DNA of 64,000 nt from an uncultured virus (IMG/VR IMGVR_UViG_3300029288_000087) (IMGVR_UViG_3300029288_000087); one strand, 5' to 3'; counted from the stretch's first letter, positions 18,422 through 29,467 are shown. Made by a program: numbers and translations. Notes: generated by a model not told the origin, from the letters alone.

Positions 18422-19794
18422 TCAGAGCTTCGCTTCCCAGGTCTTCAGCTCGGGCCAGTACGCCACGATGCCGCTCCCCAAGTTGTCGATGTGCGGGGTA
18501 CCGAGCAGGAGCCCGTTCTCTCCCAGGCAGAGGCCCAGCCGGTACAGGTCACTCCAAGCCTTGAGCCTGACAGCTACGCAGCAGGCTCCGCGCATGCCCC
18601 GTCCTGAGTAGCCAACATCAGCTTCCCAGCCCAGCTCGTGGAGCTGAGCAACAACATCGGCGGGGACAACAAGCATGGGCTTCTCCTACCGTCAAAACCC
18701 CGCTCCCATGAGCGAGGTGAGGACGGGGCAGCGTGATGTCATTCGTCGGTCAAGAAACCGTCGATCGCTTCGGCTAACGCCATCATCTCGGCGCGATTCA
18801 GAGATGCCGTCGCGATCATGAACACCGCTCCATCCTGTCCGTTGGATTTTGTGAGCGGGCTCCTGATCTGCAAGTTCCATGCTGCGCCGTGCTGGGTCGA
18901 GTACAGCCGGATTGCCTTCTCTCGTTGCGCATCGCGGTTCGACGCCACTTCCGCATAATTGATCGGTCGGTAGAACTCGTCCTGCGTTCCTATCTTTCTC
19001 ATTTCGCGCTCCAATGCCTCGCCGTGGGCAAAGCTGGTGTCTCAGTCCCTCGTCTCCTCCGCAGAGTGCGTCATCGCCCTTCGCGCAACGATGACTCGCT
19101 CACCGTGCCCAGGCAGACGAATCGGCGGGTGCGTGGCGTGCTCAATGGCCCCTGGCCCCAGGCGCACGACATGCCCCGAAGGCAAGTTCGGCATCTTCGG
19201 CCCAAGGCCTCGAATGACCGCGATGTCACCCTGGCGTCGCACGATCTGGTTGGAGCACGACCGCCAGATCCAGTCGATGGCAGAGCGTACAGAGGCGAGC
19301 CCGGACGGTACCGCATGGGCGAAGAACGTCCCGCTCTCGTTGCGGCCCACCACGAACCGACTGCTCGTCTCCTTCGGGTACCACTTGGAGGACTTGGCGT
19401 AGACCCGCTTGCGCGTGACCTCGATGAGAGCGAGCCCCGCGTGGCCTGAGTCGCAGTACGGCACCTGAGCCGCCAGCCCCGGGCCCACATAGTCGACCAC
19501 GTTCGTGCTGCGGTAGTCGCCCCGTGTCGAACCATGCTCGTCGAAGTACAGCTGAGCCATGCGGGCGAGCCCGCGCCCCTGCCGCTGCATCTTCTGCGCC
19601 TCCCATCCGGACGCAGTCGGCGCGTACGGTTCGGCGAGGCCCAGCAGAGCCACGATGGCAACGTGCCGGGCGTTGACGAACATGCGTTTGGAAGGAGCCC
19701 CGCGCTTGCCAGCGATGGCTCGCTCCGCGGCCTTCTCCAGCTGGTCAAGCTGCGTCGTCTTGTCGTAGCTTCGGATGGCCTGTTTGAGGCTCAC
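18422..19794 (-). CDS. Three hypothetical genes (18422-18676, 18739-19014, 19042-19794)
   Basis: Co-oriented ORFs; the last starts at a GTG overlapping the ParB-like stop. Confidence 0.5.
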
Positions 19795-20675
19795 TTGCCG
19801 CTCTCCGTATCGATGCAGGCGTCCAGGGCCTTGTCGTCTCCGAACATCCATCGCATGGCCGCGAGGACTCCCTTGCCCATGGGCGAAAGGGTCTTCTCGC
19901 GCGCCGCCAGCGCTTCCATCTGCGGGGCCACTGCCTTGGCAGGGCGCAGCCGGAACTTGGGAGCCTTGCGCTTGCGCCCGCGGCCTCCCCTGGCTTCCTT
20001 CGCTTCCTTCGCCGCCTTGGGCGACCTCACGCTCAGGAGCCCCGCCGCCTCGAACTCCAGGATCTTGGCGTCCTGCTCGGCCTCGGGCAGCGTGGACAGG
20101 TCTCGGGCCACGCTCACGGCTAGCCGTTCCTGCTCCAGGAGCTTCTGCACGACGGCGCTGCACGACAGCAGCATCAGGGCGCTGCGCATGCCCCTGGCGT
20201 CGAAACCGAACCGAATCCTGGCCTGCTTCTCGTCGTGCCCCGCGTCGAGGTACCGGCGCAGCTTGAGCGCTTCGACCATGGGCGTGTCGTCCGTTCGGAT
20301 TGAGTTGCGGGTGATCATGTAGCCCATGCTCTCCTCGCCGTTCGCGCGGCGGGAGGTGGCGGGCACCAGCCAGTGTTTGTCGCTGCCAGCTTCCTTCAGG
20401 CGACGGTTGGCCTCGATGCAGCACCGCACCCTCTGCCGTCCGTCGATGACCTCGACGATGGGGTTGCCGTGCTTGTCCTCGCCGTTCTTCCGGACCATGA
20501 CCGGATCGAGCACGCCGTCTGCCATGATGGACAACACCAGCGATTCGTCCAGCGGGAGGTGAACCCGCTCGTCGTACAGCGGGTGACTCTTGTCCGTGAC
20601 AATCGTCAGCGCCTCGGGTTCGTAGTTGTATCCGTTCAGGCGCGCTACCGCGCCGAACTCTTCCGCTCTGCTCAT
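19791..20675 (-). CDS. ParB/Srx N-terminal domain protein
   Basis: LVLSIMADGVLDPVMVR...VIDGRQRVR motif. Confidence 0.85.
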   Translation of the reverse strand: MSRAEEFGAVARLNGYNYEPEALTIVTDKSHPLYDERVHLPLDESLVLSIMADGVLDPVMVRKNGEDKHGNPIVEVIDGRQRVRCCIEANRRLKEAGSDKHWLVPATSRRANGEESMGYMITRNSIRTDDTPMVEALKLRRYLDAGHDEKQARIRFGFDARGMRSALMLLSCSAVVQKLLEQERLAVSVARDLSTLPEAEQDAKILEFEAAGLLSVRSPKAAKEAKEARGGRGRKRKAPKFRLRPAKAVAPQMEALAAREKTLSPMGKGVLAAMRWMFGDDKALDACIDTESGK

Positions 20676-20707
20676 CTGCTTGCCCCTGTCTGCCGCCTAT
20701 GGCGGCA

Positions 20708-21415
20708 CTACGATGTCAATGCCTTGGCGCTGCCGCCTGTGAGCCCGGGTCTGCCCAGGTTCAGACTGCGGCCTGCCTCCAGGCCACGGTTGTAGGCGCA
20801 GGCGTCGCTGATCGACGACCGGACCGCCACGGTCTTCGTCCCGTTGGTAAGCGCCTCCCGAAACGCTTGCGCCTCGCCCTGCCGCTTGTCGATCACGGCC
20901 AGCGCGCTGGTAGATGCCGTTGCCCGGACTTCCTGCTTCGCCGCTTCGAGCTTCTCGCGGATGCCCGCGACGGCCCCCAGGTACCAGGAGGCGAAGGCGC
21001 TGCGCCCCATGCCCCGGCACTGCGCCTCCGCGAGCCTGCCCAGCTCATTCAGAGCATAGGCCAGCAGGTACTTGACCGACTCCACGTCGGACTTGCGCCC
21101 AACGAACTGGTAGGTGGTCACGCGCGTGTAGCGAGGCCGTGAAAACCACATCGAACAGCCGTTCGCTTTGACCAGGGCGAGCATCAGCCGCACCTTCCAG
21201 GTCGCCACGCGGCTGCCCTCCATCAGGACTTCCCCCGCCTCGACCATGGGCTCGGACGGCTCCTGCCCGCTGGCCTCCAGCTCAGCCACGCTCAGCCGGT
21301 GCTCGTCAATGAGCCGCTGGGCCGCGCCCATAGCTGCCGCGGCTTCGTTCTCGTTGCTGCTCTGCGCGAGCCGCAGGAGCTTGCGAACCTTGTCCAGGAC
21401 GGGAGATAGATCCAT
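20708..21415 (-). CDS. DUF2786 domain protein
   Basis: VLDKVRKLLRLAQSSNENEAAAAMGAAQRLIDEHRL N-terminus. Confidence 0.8.
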   Translation of the reverse strand: MDLSPVLDKVRKLLRLAQSSNENEAAAAMGAAQRLIDEHRLSVAELEASGQEPSEPMVEAGEVLMEGSRVATWKVRLMLALVKANGCSMWFSRPRYTRVTTYQFVGRKSDVESVKYLLAYALNELGRLAEAQCRGMGRSAFASWYLGAVAGIREKLEAAKQEVRATASTSALAVIDKRQGEAQAFREALTNGTKTVAVRSSISDACAYNRGLEAGRSLNLGRPGLTGGSAKALTS

Positions 21416-21419
21416 CGGG

Positions 21420-24400
21420 TTACGCCGCCTTTTTCTGCTCGGGGACGATCTCCCAGTATTGGAATCCGCCGCACTTGGTGCAGCAGCACGTCACGTCCTG
21501 CTTCTCGGTCCCCATCACGACAAGCTCGCCGCCGCACTTGCAGGCTGCCAGCACGCCCCCTGAGCGAGCCCGCGAGGCCCGTTCGACGGTGTTCTCCGAC
21601 GTGGCCTTGCCCTTGCCCCACACGGGCTTGTCCTTGGCATCATCCCACCGACCGATCCGTCTGTACTTCATCTGCTTGCTCCTTCCGCTGTCTGACCATA
21701 ACCACCACGCTGGCGGTGTCAACGACTTTTACGCGATCGTATACTCCCCAACAAGTACGGCACGATACCGCTCTCGCATGAAAGCAGCTCTTCGGCGCGC
21801 TCCGTCAGCCCGGCCTTGTCCCGCACGTCCACCCAACAGCGCTCGGTGTAGTTCCAGGGCGACCACACGCCGATGACCGCGCCGCCGCAGGCGTTCGCCT
21901 CCAACCTGAAGGTCACGCCGTCCGTGGTCCCCTCGTGCGCCAACGACTCGGCCAGCTCAACGTTGAGGTCGATGTCCGTGTCGTCCACGGGCTCGCCCGT
22001 CTTCGATGCGAGCCGAATGACGGTGCCCCACTTGTAGTCGTCGCAGGACATGTCCTCCGGGGCGTCCACCGTCAGCCCCTTGTCCCGCAGCCCCGTCGCG
22101 AGCCGTTCCAGGAACGCCAGTATCTTGGGGCCGTAGCTCTTGGCGATCCGCTCGGTCGCCTTGGAGTACTTCTCCTCAGTCATGGGGCGTGTCATTCGCC
22201 CAGCCTCCACACCTCGTGTGCACCAGCCATCAGCAGAGCCCGGTGGACGCAGGCATAGGACCAGTCTGCCAGTGCTGACGCGCTCCACACGGGGCACCGC
22301 TGACAAACGACGTTGGTGTCACGAAGGTGGCGGTAGATGTCCCCGATCGCCATCCCTGGTGCCACAGAAAGCAGCGACCGGACGGCTTTCGTCAGCGCTA
22401 CCCGTTCCTCCTCGGGCAGCCCCTTCGGCCAGCCGTGTCCGTCGCGCTCCACGTCCGTCAGGTACTTTTCCACATAGGTGAGATTCATCGGCTTGCTCCT
22501 GCCATACGTGTATGGCGACTCAATCCTCCCAGATCAGGGTGCCGCCCCGCGGGAGCTTCTGTGGCAACTGCTCGACGGGCAGACCAAACGCCTCCGCAAT
22601 CTTGGGCAACCAGGACTTCCACTTCTCATGGCCGATCCTTCCCTCGCCAGCGTCACCATAGCGGCTCAGGTGGTCCTGCTCGCGGGAGTCTTTCGAGCCC
22701 AGCATCCAACATGGCCCGTAGTAGGACTGGCACCCGACACCACTCCAGCCGACATGCCCGCGCGTCTTGCAGACACAAACCTTGCCCCTGCGCAGCACCA
22801 CGTCCCGCTCGGTTCCGTAGTCGGTCCCCAGCGAATGCCTCGAAAGCGTTTCCCTACTGGCTCGCTTCACCCACGGCATGGCTACTCGGCCTCCACCAGC
22901 TTGTAGAGCTTCTCTCCGACCTTCACGCGCACCTCGAACGAATCGGGGAACCTACGCGCAAGCTCCAGCGCACCCTCGGCAGTCTCGAACGTGCAGGTGG
23001 GCTTGTTGTCATACCGCTCCTGAAGCAGCGGCACCCTGGCACGAAGCGCTGTACTGTCCGGGCTCAGGGTATCCAGCAGGAGCACCGTCTTCTCCCTCAT
23101 GTCCAGCCACAGCGTCCCGTCCTCGCAGCGTGGAGGGATCCCTCCGCTATCATCTCCGATGGCGAAGCGCCCGCTCGGCACGTGCAGCCACAGCTTGTGG
23201 CCTCGCGCACAGAGCCTTCCCATGTACCGCCACGACACGTGCCTCTCCGGTCCAACCGCGGTTGTCGTTGCCATCACACCATCTCCTCGAATCCGCTCGC
23301 TGACATCTCGTCCGCAAGCTCGCCCTCGAACGTCTTGCCGCAGGTGCACGTCACCGTGTAGCTGGCGTGGACTCCGTAGTACGTCGTGCGGTAGCGCATC
23401 GGAGTCGTCGGCTTCAGCCCCCGCGAGTCCTCGGTGGACTCGTACTCGCCTTCGATGGACAGCTCGTGCTCGCCCTCCGGAGCATCCTTGTGCTCCTCCA
23501 TGTGCTCACGCACGGCGTCATCCTGGCCCTCCAGCTCGAACTCTGCCGACTTGAGTCCCTGACTGCACTCGCCGCAGCGCTTCTCCAGCGTCACCTGGAT
23601 GTTGATGTTGCCCTCGTCGTCCACTTCGCAGGACTGCTCTTCGGGCTCTTCGTCACCCTCGTACGATACGAACTTGTTGCAATCAGGACACCGCATCGCT
23701 TGCTCCCTTCAACGAACCTGACATAACCATCGCACCGGGCGGCGCAAGGGCTAGTCGTCGGAATCATCCTGGCCGGGCTTCCAGGTGCCGCTTGCGCCGG
23801 TCGCGTGCACCATCTCCAGGAAGCGCTGTGCTGCCTCGGGAGAGATACGCAGCCAGCCGCCATCCCTGTAGCTGTCCGCGTACGCCTCGAACCCACGATC
23901 GCGCAGCCCGTCACGCAGCCCGTCTACGCGCCGCTTGAGTGCCTCGTACTCGGCTTGCTCCTTGGCGTCCTCTGCCCGCTCCTCTTGCGGGTAGAACCGG
24001 ACCTCGCCCCTGCGCCCCAGAGCAACCTCCCCAGCCGCAGCGAGTCGCTTGATCGAGCCGCGCACCTGGGCAAGGCTCAGGGCTGTAGAGTGTGTCAGCC
24101 ACCGGGCGCTAGTGCGCCCCAGCCTGCCGCCTTGGGGGCACTTCGCCTTGTCCTCTTCGTACTCCTTGACCAGCGAGCGCAGCACAGCTGCGTCCACTTG
24201 CTTCAACCACTCTTTGGTCTTCGCCATAGCTTGCTCCTTCGACCAGCCTGACATAACCATCGCACCGGGCGGCGCAAGGGGCTACGTCGTCAAACCCAAA
24301 CGCTTCGCCGCGTCGTCGAGCGACTCGATCGTGAGGTTGCTGGGCAGCGCCGAATAGATGTTCCACCCGTTGCGGTTGCCCCGGACCGTGATGATCGCGA

Positions 24401-24866
24401 CGTGGCCTGTGCTGAACTGCCACGCCTCGACGTAGGCGGAAGGCGACTCGGGATCGCCCATCGGCAGTTGCCACTGGCAGCGCGCATCGTGGTCGTCAAG
24501 CCACCGTTGCAGCTCCGGGTAGTTGCTTACCCACGGCTTGTCGCTGTTGTCCTTGTCTCTGGTTGTTCTGGATCTCGGTCGTGACATGTTGCCTCCTCAT
24601 CCGCAGTGCGACAGCTCGCACCACTCGTTTGGGTTCTCGGGCACCGCGTCGCCGCAGGCCTTCAAGAACGCCTCGATCTGTCCCTGCTCTTGCACCGTGT
24701 ACGTGTACCACCAGCCAGGACAGCCCAGCCAGAGCCACTCGCCACGGTGCTCCGTCATGATGTCTGCCGGTTGCTGCCCAGGCCGCATCGCGTAGGGAAT
24801 ACCCCACAGCGAAAGTGTGTCCGCTTGCCTGAACAGCACCCGGATTCTCGCTAGCTTCTCTAGCAT
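21420..24866 (-). CDS. Run of small hypothetical genes (21420-21671, 21719-~22195, 22192-22488, 22520-22879, 22882-~23274, 23274-23696, 23751-24227, 24282-24587, 24597-24866)
   Basis: Co-oriented short ORFs, several with GGAGCAAGC-type RBS. Confidence 0.6.
21695..21722 (-). promoter_or_regulatory. Putative sigma70-type promoter
   Basis: Minus strand TTGACA-16-TATGGT upstream of RBS AAGGAGCAAGC. Confidence 0.55.
23717..24280 (-). repeat. Identical 34-bp direct repeats (23717-23750 and 24247-24280) flanking one gene; promoter-like
   Basis: CCTGACATAACCATCGCACCGGGCGGCGCAAGGG occurs twice; minus strand reads TTGCGC-16-TATGTC and shares TGGTTATG with the promoters at 21.7 kb and 38.3 kb. Confidence 0.85.
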
Positions 24867-24913
24867 CTTACCCTCCTGTGTCGCGGGGATGACATTGCTC
24901 CTGCTCCCAGTGT

Positions 24914-25330
24914 TCACAGCAGCGCGGGGATAGTTCCTGCCTTCGCTGCTGCGAGAACCGTGTCGATCACTTGCTGCGCCCATCCGCCCGGGTAGCCGCG
25001 CATGACTTTGATGACGGGCTCGCTGTGGATGAAACGCCAGCCGTCCCAATCGGGCGACCAGAACTTGTCCCATCCGACCTTGACGTTGAAAGCATGGACC
25101 GGCGACCACCCCTCACGGGCGGCGTTGAGAATCGCGGTGCCCAGGTTCAGGTAGAACCCGAATGAGCCACCGTAGTCGCCGCACTGGAGCGTGACGCGCC
25201 AGCATGCGATCGGCACCTCCGCCTCGGGCGGGTAGTTTTTCAGCAGCGTGTCAAAATCCTGCCTTGTGAGGCGCGGCAGCTTCGGCACCTCGTCCAGCCT
25301 CTTGAACTTCTTACTGTCCACTCGAATCAT
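24914..25330 (-). CDS. Array gene 16, hypothetical (MIRVDSKK...)
   Basis: Start directly after the leader motif. Confidence 0.75.
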   Translation of the reverse strand: MIRVDSKKFKRLDEVPKLPRLTRQDFDTLLKNYPPEAEVPIACWRVTLQCGDYGGSFGFYLNLGTAILNAAREGWSPVHAFNVKVGWDKFWSPDWDGWRFIHSEPVIKVMRGYPGGWAQQVIDTVLAAAKAGTIPALL

Positions 25331-25392
25331 TGACTTGCTCCTGCTTGTGGCGGGATGATTCCCGCAACGGTGCCGCCGGGTGGCGGCTGTGC

Positions 25393-25701
25393 TCAGCGGA
25401 AGAACTTCGCCTTCGGGTACATCGCCAGCACCTGATTTCTGGCGTCCTCCCGACTCTTGGCTCGCAGCGTACCGTCGATCGTGCAGTCGTCGTTGGCAAA
25501 CCAGTAGATCGGCGTGCCAAACCCGAAGTACGTGCCGTTTTCGTCGTAGGCACCGTCTGCACTCATGCGCACCTTGCGCAGCGTGATCTTGCCCGAGAAG
25601 GTAGGAGGCCCCTCCCATGTTCCGCGGCCCATTGCTGCGCCGCGTTTGGGGTCTCCGCACCATCCCTTGGGGTCGTGCGTCTTGTAGCTCGGTCTCGACA
25701 T
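25393..25701 (-). CDS. Array gene 15, hypothetical (MSRPSYKT...)
   Basis: Start directly after the leader motif. Confidence 0.75.
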   Translation of the reverse strand: MSRPSYKTHDPKGWCGDPKRGAAMGRGTWEGPPTFSGKITLRKVRMSADGAYDENGTYFGFGTPIYWFANDDCTIDGTLRAKSREDARNQVLAMYPKAKFFR

Positions 25702-25767
25702 GACTTGCTCCTGCGTTGTGGGGCATCGTAGCCCCGTTGGTGCCGCAGGCGAACCTGCGGCTTCGGT

Positions 25768-26169
25768 TCAGATGTCCCTGGCGGGAAGGTCTGCGATCAC
25801 GTAGTCGGCCATGCGGTCGTCACCGATGACGCCCGCTACGCGACGGATCGCTCGGATTGTTGCCTCCTCATCGGGCTTGCCATGCGTAGCCCCGTTCGCA
25901 GGCGGGATGAGGTATCCAGCCTGCGAACCGCGCCAGCCAGCGGGGACGCCCCTCGGTCCGCTCTCCAGCATGCCGTAGACGAGCCTGCGCCCGTCTCCGG
26001 GCTGCCGCACCTTGATCCACCAAACGCGATTGGCTTGGCACTCGTGCTCACCATTGTAGTCGTGAGCGCTCGCGATCACAGGCCAATCCTTGGCGACGAT
26101 ACGCACAGGGTTTTCGTCCGAAAGCGCGACGACGATCTTCTTTTCCGTGGTGGTGGTCTTTTCTGACAT
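25768..26169 (-). CDS. Array gene 14, hypothetical
   Basis: Start directly after a leader motif variant (AGCAGGAGTACGTC). Confidence 0.75.
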   Translation of the reverse strand: MSEKTTTTEKKIVVALSDENPVRIVAKDWPVIASAHDYNGEHECQANRVWWIKVRQPGDGRRLVYGMLESGPRGVPAGWRGSQAGYLIPPANGATHGKPDEEATIRAIRRVAGVIGDDRMADYVIADLPARDI

Positions 26170-26234
26170 GACGTACTCCTGCTTTAGCGTGGCTTGATTG
26201 CCACGGTAGTGCCTGGGCCATCCCAGGCTGCTAG

Positions 26235-26441
26235 CTACTCCACCTCGGTGTAGACGGTGCGTTTTGTCGCCAGCACCATCGGCTCACCGCAGCACGTGAA
26301 CACGTGGTCCTTGGGAGCGTCCCAGTAGTCCCCTGCGTTCGCGCTGTTTTCCGCACCGCACACATTACAGAGAAGGAAGGGGTGCGGGCCGGGCACACCG
26401 ATCTGGTTCTTCAGATCCGCGACTGTGACTTTGTTGCTCAT
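26235..26441 (-). CDS. Array gene 13, small Zn-ribbon-like protein
   Basis: CNVC...CCG; leader motif. Confidence 0.75.
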   Translation of the reverse strand: MSNKVTVADLKNQIGVPGPHPFLLCNVCGAENSANAGDYWDAPKDHVFTCCGEPMVLATKRTVYTEVE

Positions 26442-26516
26442 TGACTTGCTCCTGCTACTCGCGGCGACATTGCCGCAATGGTGCTACCCGGCCACGACGG
26501 GGCTGGTAGCGGTAGG

Positions 26517-26927
26517 TCAGCGGTGGAACTCCTCGAAGGGGCAGCGTCCGCTGGGAACGGGAGTGTAGCCTGTGCTCACGGCATCGTCCCAGGTGAGCCC
26601 GCAGGTGCCGCACGTCATGGGATCCTTGGCTTCGTCCCCGGGCTTGACCGGCTGCACCGGGAAGTCTGGAGGGACCACCACGGTGTGTGTGGCGGGCACT
26701 GGCTCTTCGTCCATCTCATCCACGACGGAGATGTCTCGCCCGTCGTTGTCGGTCGGGTAGCTCGGGTAGCAGCGCCCGTTGAGCGTCTTGCCCCACGTAG
26801 TGGGAACGTCGAAGCCCTCTTCGTTCTCGTCCATGAGATCGTTGGCGAGCTTCATCGCCTGCTCTTCTGTCTCGGCTGCCACGTCGAAACAGAGCCATGC
26901 CTTGGCTTGGCATCGGTATGTTTTCAC
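26517..26927 (-). CDS. Array gene 12, acidic hypothetical protein with C-terminal CxxC
   Basis: GTG start after the leader motif. Confidence 0.75.
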   Translation of the reverse strand: MKTYRCQAKAWLCFDVAAETEEQAMKLANDLMDENEEGFDVPTTWGKTLNGRCYPSYPTDNDGRDISVVDEMDEEPVPATHTVVVPPDFPVQPVKPGDEAKDPMTCGTCGLTWDDAVSTGYTPVPSGRCPFEEFHR

Positions 26928-26987
26928 GTTGTTGCTCCTGCTTTGTGCGGGTCTCCCCGCGTTGGTGCCGCCGTGTGGCGGCTCGAC

Positions 26988-27215
26988 TCATGCCCCTTGC
27001 ACTCGCTTGGCGAAGTCCTTGAGCGCTTCCTCGTACTTGCTGAAGTAGTGCCCCCACACGTACTCGCTGTGCTCCATTTCGTGGGTGAGCACTTCGACGT
27101 GCGTGACGTACGGCTCGATGCCGTTGCCGATCTTGCGCAGCACGACGCGCGAAGGAAGTTGCTGCCCCTTGATACCGGGACTTATGGGGCCTTCGGCCAG
27201 ATGCCTTTGTTCCAT
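26988..27215 (-). CDS. Array gene 11, hypothetical
   Basis: Leader motif; WGHYF motif. Confidence 0.75.
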   Translation of the reverse strand: MEQRHLAEGPISPGIKGQQLPSRVVLRKIGNGIEPYVTHVEVLTHEMEHSEYVWGHYFSKYEEALKDFAKRVQGA

Positions 27216-27277
27216 GACGATTGCTCCTGCTTGGTGCGGGTCTCCCCGCGTTGGTGCCGCCGTGTGGCGGCTGGCAG

Positions 27278-28141
27278 CTACGCTGCCGCGCTGTTGAGGT
27301 GCCCGGGTAGCATCCCCGCAGCGAAGCCCAGGCGGCGGTAGATGTACGCCGTGAGGAGCTTGGTGAGCCGCTCGCGTCCGTACTTCGCCCAGTACCCATC
27401 CGCTGCCACGCCCTGTTCCCAGAGCGCGTGCAGCACGCTGTGAACCGGCCTCGGCATGTGCCCAGGCCCGCCAGCTTCGTTGATCGCGTTCATCAGCATG
27501 CTGGGCACGTAGTAGGGTTCCTCCATGTGGCCCAGGATGTGGCTCTTGGGGTCACCGTCGAGCACGGGCTTGCCGCTCTTGTCCTTCATGAGGCAGGCCC
27601 AGCAGTCCGCACCCGAAGGCTTGGGAACCTTCAGAGCGAACAGCGCGTCCATGTAGTCGGAGACGAACTTGCGAGCCCGCTTCTTGAGCTTGATGTCGCT
27701 CCGGGTCTTCTTGTCAGTCGCCAGCGGCGCACCCTTGACCTTGCCGGATTCCGTGACGGTCATGCCGTCCGTGAACACGTAGGCCTTGCCAGGAGACGCC
27801 CAGGGGTATTCCCCCGGCTTGTACATCTTGACGTACCAGATCCCGGCATCCGTGTAGATGGCGAGCCCTGCGGGCATCAGCGCGTTCAGACGACCCTTTG
27901 TCGTGGCCGTCTTGAAGCCGCATGACGAGATGATCATGCCGCCCGACTTGCGGAACACGGCGATCTTGCTGCCGAACAAGTGCAACTCGATGTTGCCCGC
28001 GTTCAGGCAGACCGACGTGTTCTCGCTCAGCTTGCGAGTCGTGACCGGCTTGCCGCGACTCATCAGCAGTGTCCCGCCGATGACGCGGAAGAAGGTCTCG
28101 CCTCGCTTGTACTTCCTTCCTCCGAAATTCAACTTGTCCAT
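27278..28141 (-). CDS. Array gene 10, hypothetical (MDKLNFGG...)
   Basis: Leader motif; GFKTATTKGRLNAL motif seen in phage proteins. Confidence 0.75.
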   Translation of the reverse strand: MDKLNFGGRKYKRGETFFRVIGGTLLMSRGKPVTTRKLSENTSVCLNAGNIELHLFGSKIAVFRKSGGMIISSCGFKTATTKGRLNALMPAGLAIYTDAGIWYVKMYKPGEYPWASPGKAYVFTDGMTVTESGKVKGAPLATDKKTRSDIKLKKRARKFVSDYMDALFALKVPKPSGADCWACLMKDKSGKPVLDGDPKSHILGHMEEPYYVPSMLMNAINEAGGPGHMPRPVHSVLHALWEQGVAADGYWAKYGRERLTKLLTAYIYRRLGFAAGMLPGHLNSAAA

Positions 28142-28221
28142 GACTTTGCTCCTGCTTGGTGAGGGGACATCCCCTCGTTGGTGCCAGCCTAACCATGAAC
28201 GGTCAGGTGGCAAGAGGCGGG

Positions 28222-28887
28222 TCAGTCGCGAGCCCAGCAACCGGGCAGCGTGACCGTTTCGGGCAGGGACTTCAGGAAGGCGATCACGTCCTCCGGGACT
28301 TCCTCGTACAGCCATTGGCTGCCGTACTTGTATCCACACTCCGGGCACGGCTTGTTCAGCAAGCCCTTGGGATGCTCTTCTGGGCGCACCCATCCCGTGG
28401 CCTTGGTTTCCCTCTTGTGTACCCGGTAAAAGGAAACGTCCAAAGGATGAAGCGTGCTCAAGGGCAGTGACAGAAGGAACCGCTGTCGCTCTGTCACGGC
28501 GGTCGAGCCGTTCTTGACCAGCTCCGCGACGCCGGATTCCACCAGATTGTTCCGCGCAGTGTAATGCTCAGTCTTGAGCATGTACTCGATCACTTCTACC
28601 TTTTCGGTCACATCCCAATCCTTGCGCTGGTGCTCGCAACCGGCTCGCATGTCGTTCAGGTGCCAGCGGTTCCACACCTCTGCCAGCTTGGCGACATCAA
28701 TCCCCGGGAACGGCTGGGTGACGTTGACCAGATCGATCTGACCGCAGCCACCCTTCGCATCACCATTACTCAGCGGTCCTTCAACGCCGGTCAGAGAGAG
28801 GCGCTTTCCGTCCCACTTGATGGTCACGAAGACCTTGCCGCAGTCACCTGTGCCCACCAGCACATGCTTTGTGAATGGTTCGATCAT
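28222..28887 (-). CDS. Array gene 9, hypothetical (MIEPFTKH...)
   Basis: Leader motif; WNRWHLNDMRAGC and CPECGYKYGSQW motifs. Confidence 0.75.
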   Translation of the reverse strand: MIEPFTKHVLVGTGDCGKVFVTIKWDGKRLSLTGVEGPLSNGDAKGGCGQIDLVNVTQPFPGIDVAKLAEVWNRWHLNDMRAGCEHQRKDWDVTEKVEVIEYMLKTEHYTARNNLVESGVAELVKNGSTAVTERQRFLLSLPLSTLHPLDVSFYRVHKRETKATGWVRPEEHPKGLLNKPCPECGYKYGSQWLYEEVPEDVIAFLKSLPETVTLPGCWARD

Positions 28888-28957
28888 TGACTTGCTCCTG
28901 CTTGTGGCGGGATGATTCCCGCAACGGTGAGCACGCCGGGGAGGCGCGCTCGTAAGG

Positions 28958-29467
28958 TCAAACGGCTGCGCGCTCGCTGCGAAGCTCATTGACCAGCGCT
29001 CGACGGTGAAGATCGGCTTTGTAGTACCGATCACAGTTGTACGTGTTCAGCATGGCTTCGCGGATCCGGTACCACGCTTGCTCTTCGCTGGCCTCGGAGC
29101 GACCCTGCCACGTCCGCTCGACTTCAGGAATCGGCGTGACGTAGGCGTTGACGATCGCCCAGTTGTCTTCTGGCCTGCCGTTGAACGAGATCGCGGGCGC
29201 GAGGCCGAATCCGCAGCCGGGTGCGCCGAGCGATCCCATGGTCTCACACGTGTCAGCGTCCAGGCCGCACTGCTCGACGAACTTGTCGAACTGCTTGCGG
29301 GTGAGGATGGCGCAATACTTGCGATGCTTCCCGTGAGGGAATACCTCGCTGTAGTCCGCGCTCTCATCGCCCTCTGTGCATTGCCACTGCCGAATGCACG
29401 GTGGCCTGTACTCCGAGACGCTAGCTCCGCGCGCTATGTCAAACGAGTAGATGACTGAGAACTTCAT
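28958..29467 (-). CDS. Array gene 8, hypothetical
   Basis: Leader motif. Confidence 0.75.
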   Translation of the reverse strand: MKFSVIYSFDIARGASVSEYRPPCIRQWQCTEGDESADYSEVFPHGKHRKYCAILTRKQFDKFVEQCGLDADTCETMGSLGAPGCGFGLAPAISFNGRPEDNWAIVNAYVTPIPEVERTWQGRSEASEEQAWYRIREAMLNTYNCDRYYKADLHRRALVNELRSERAAV

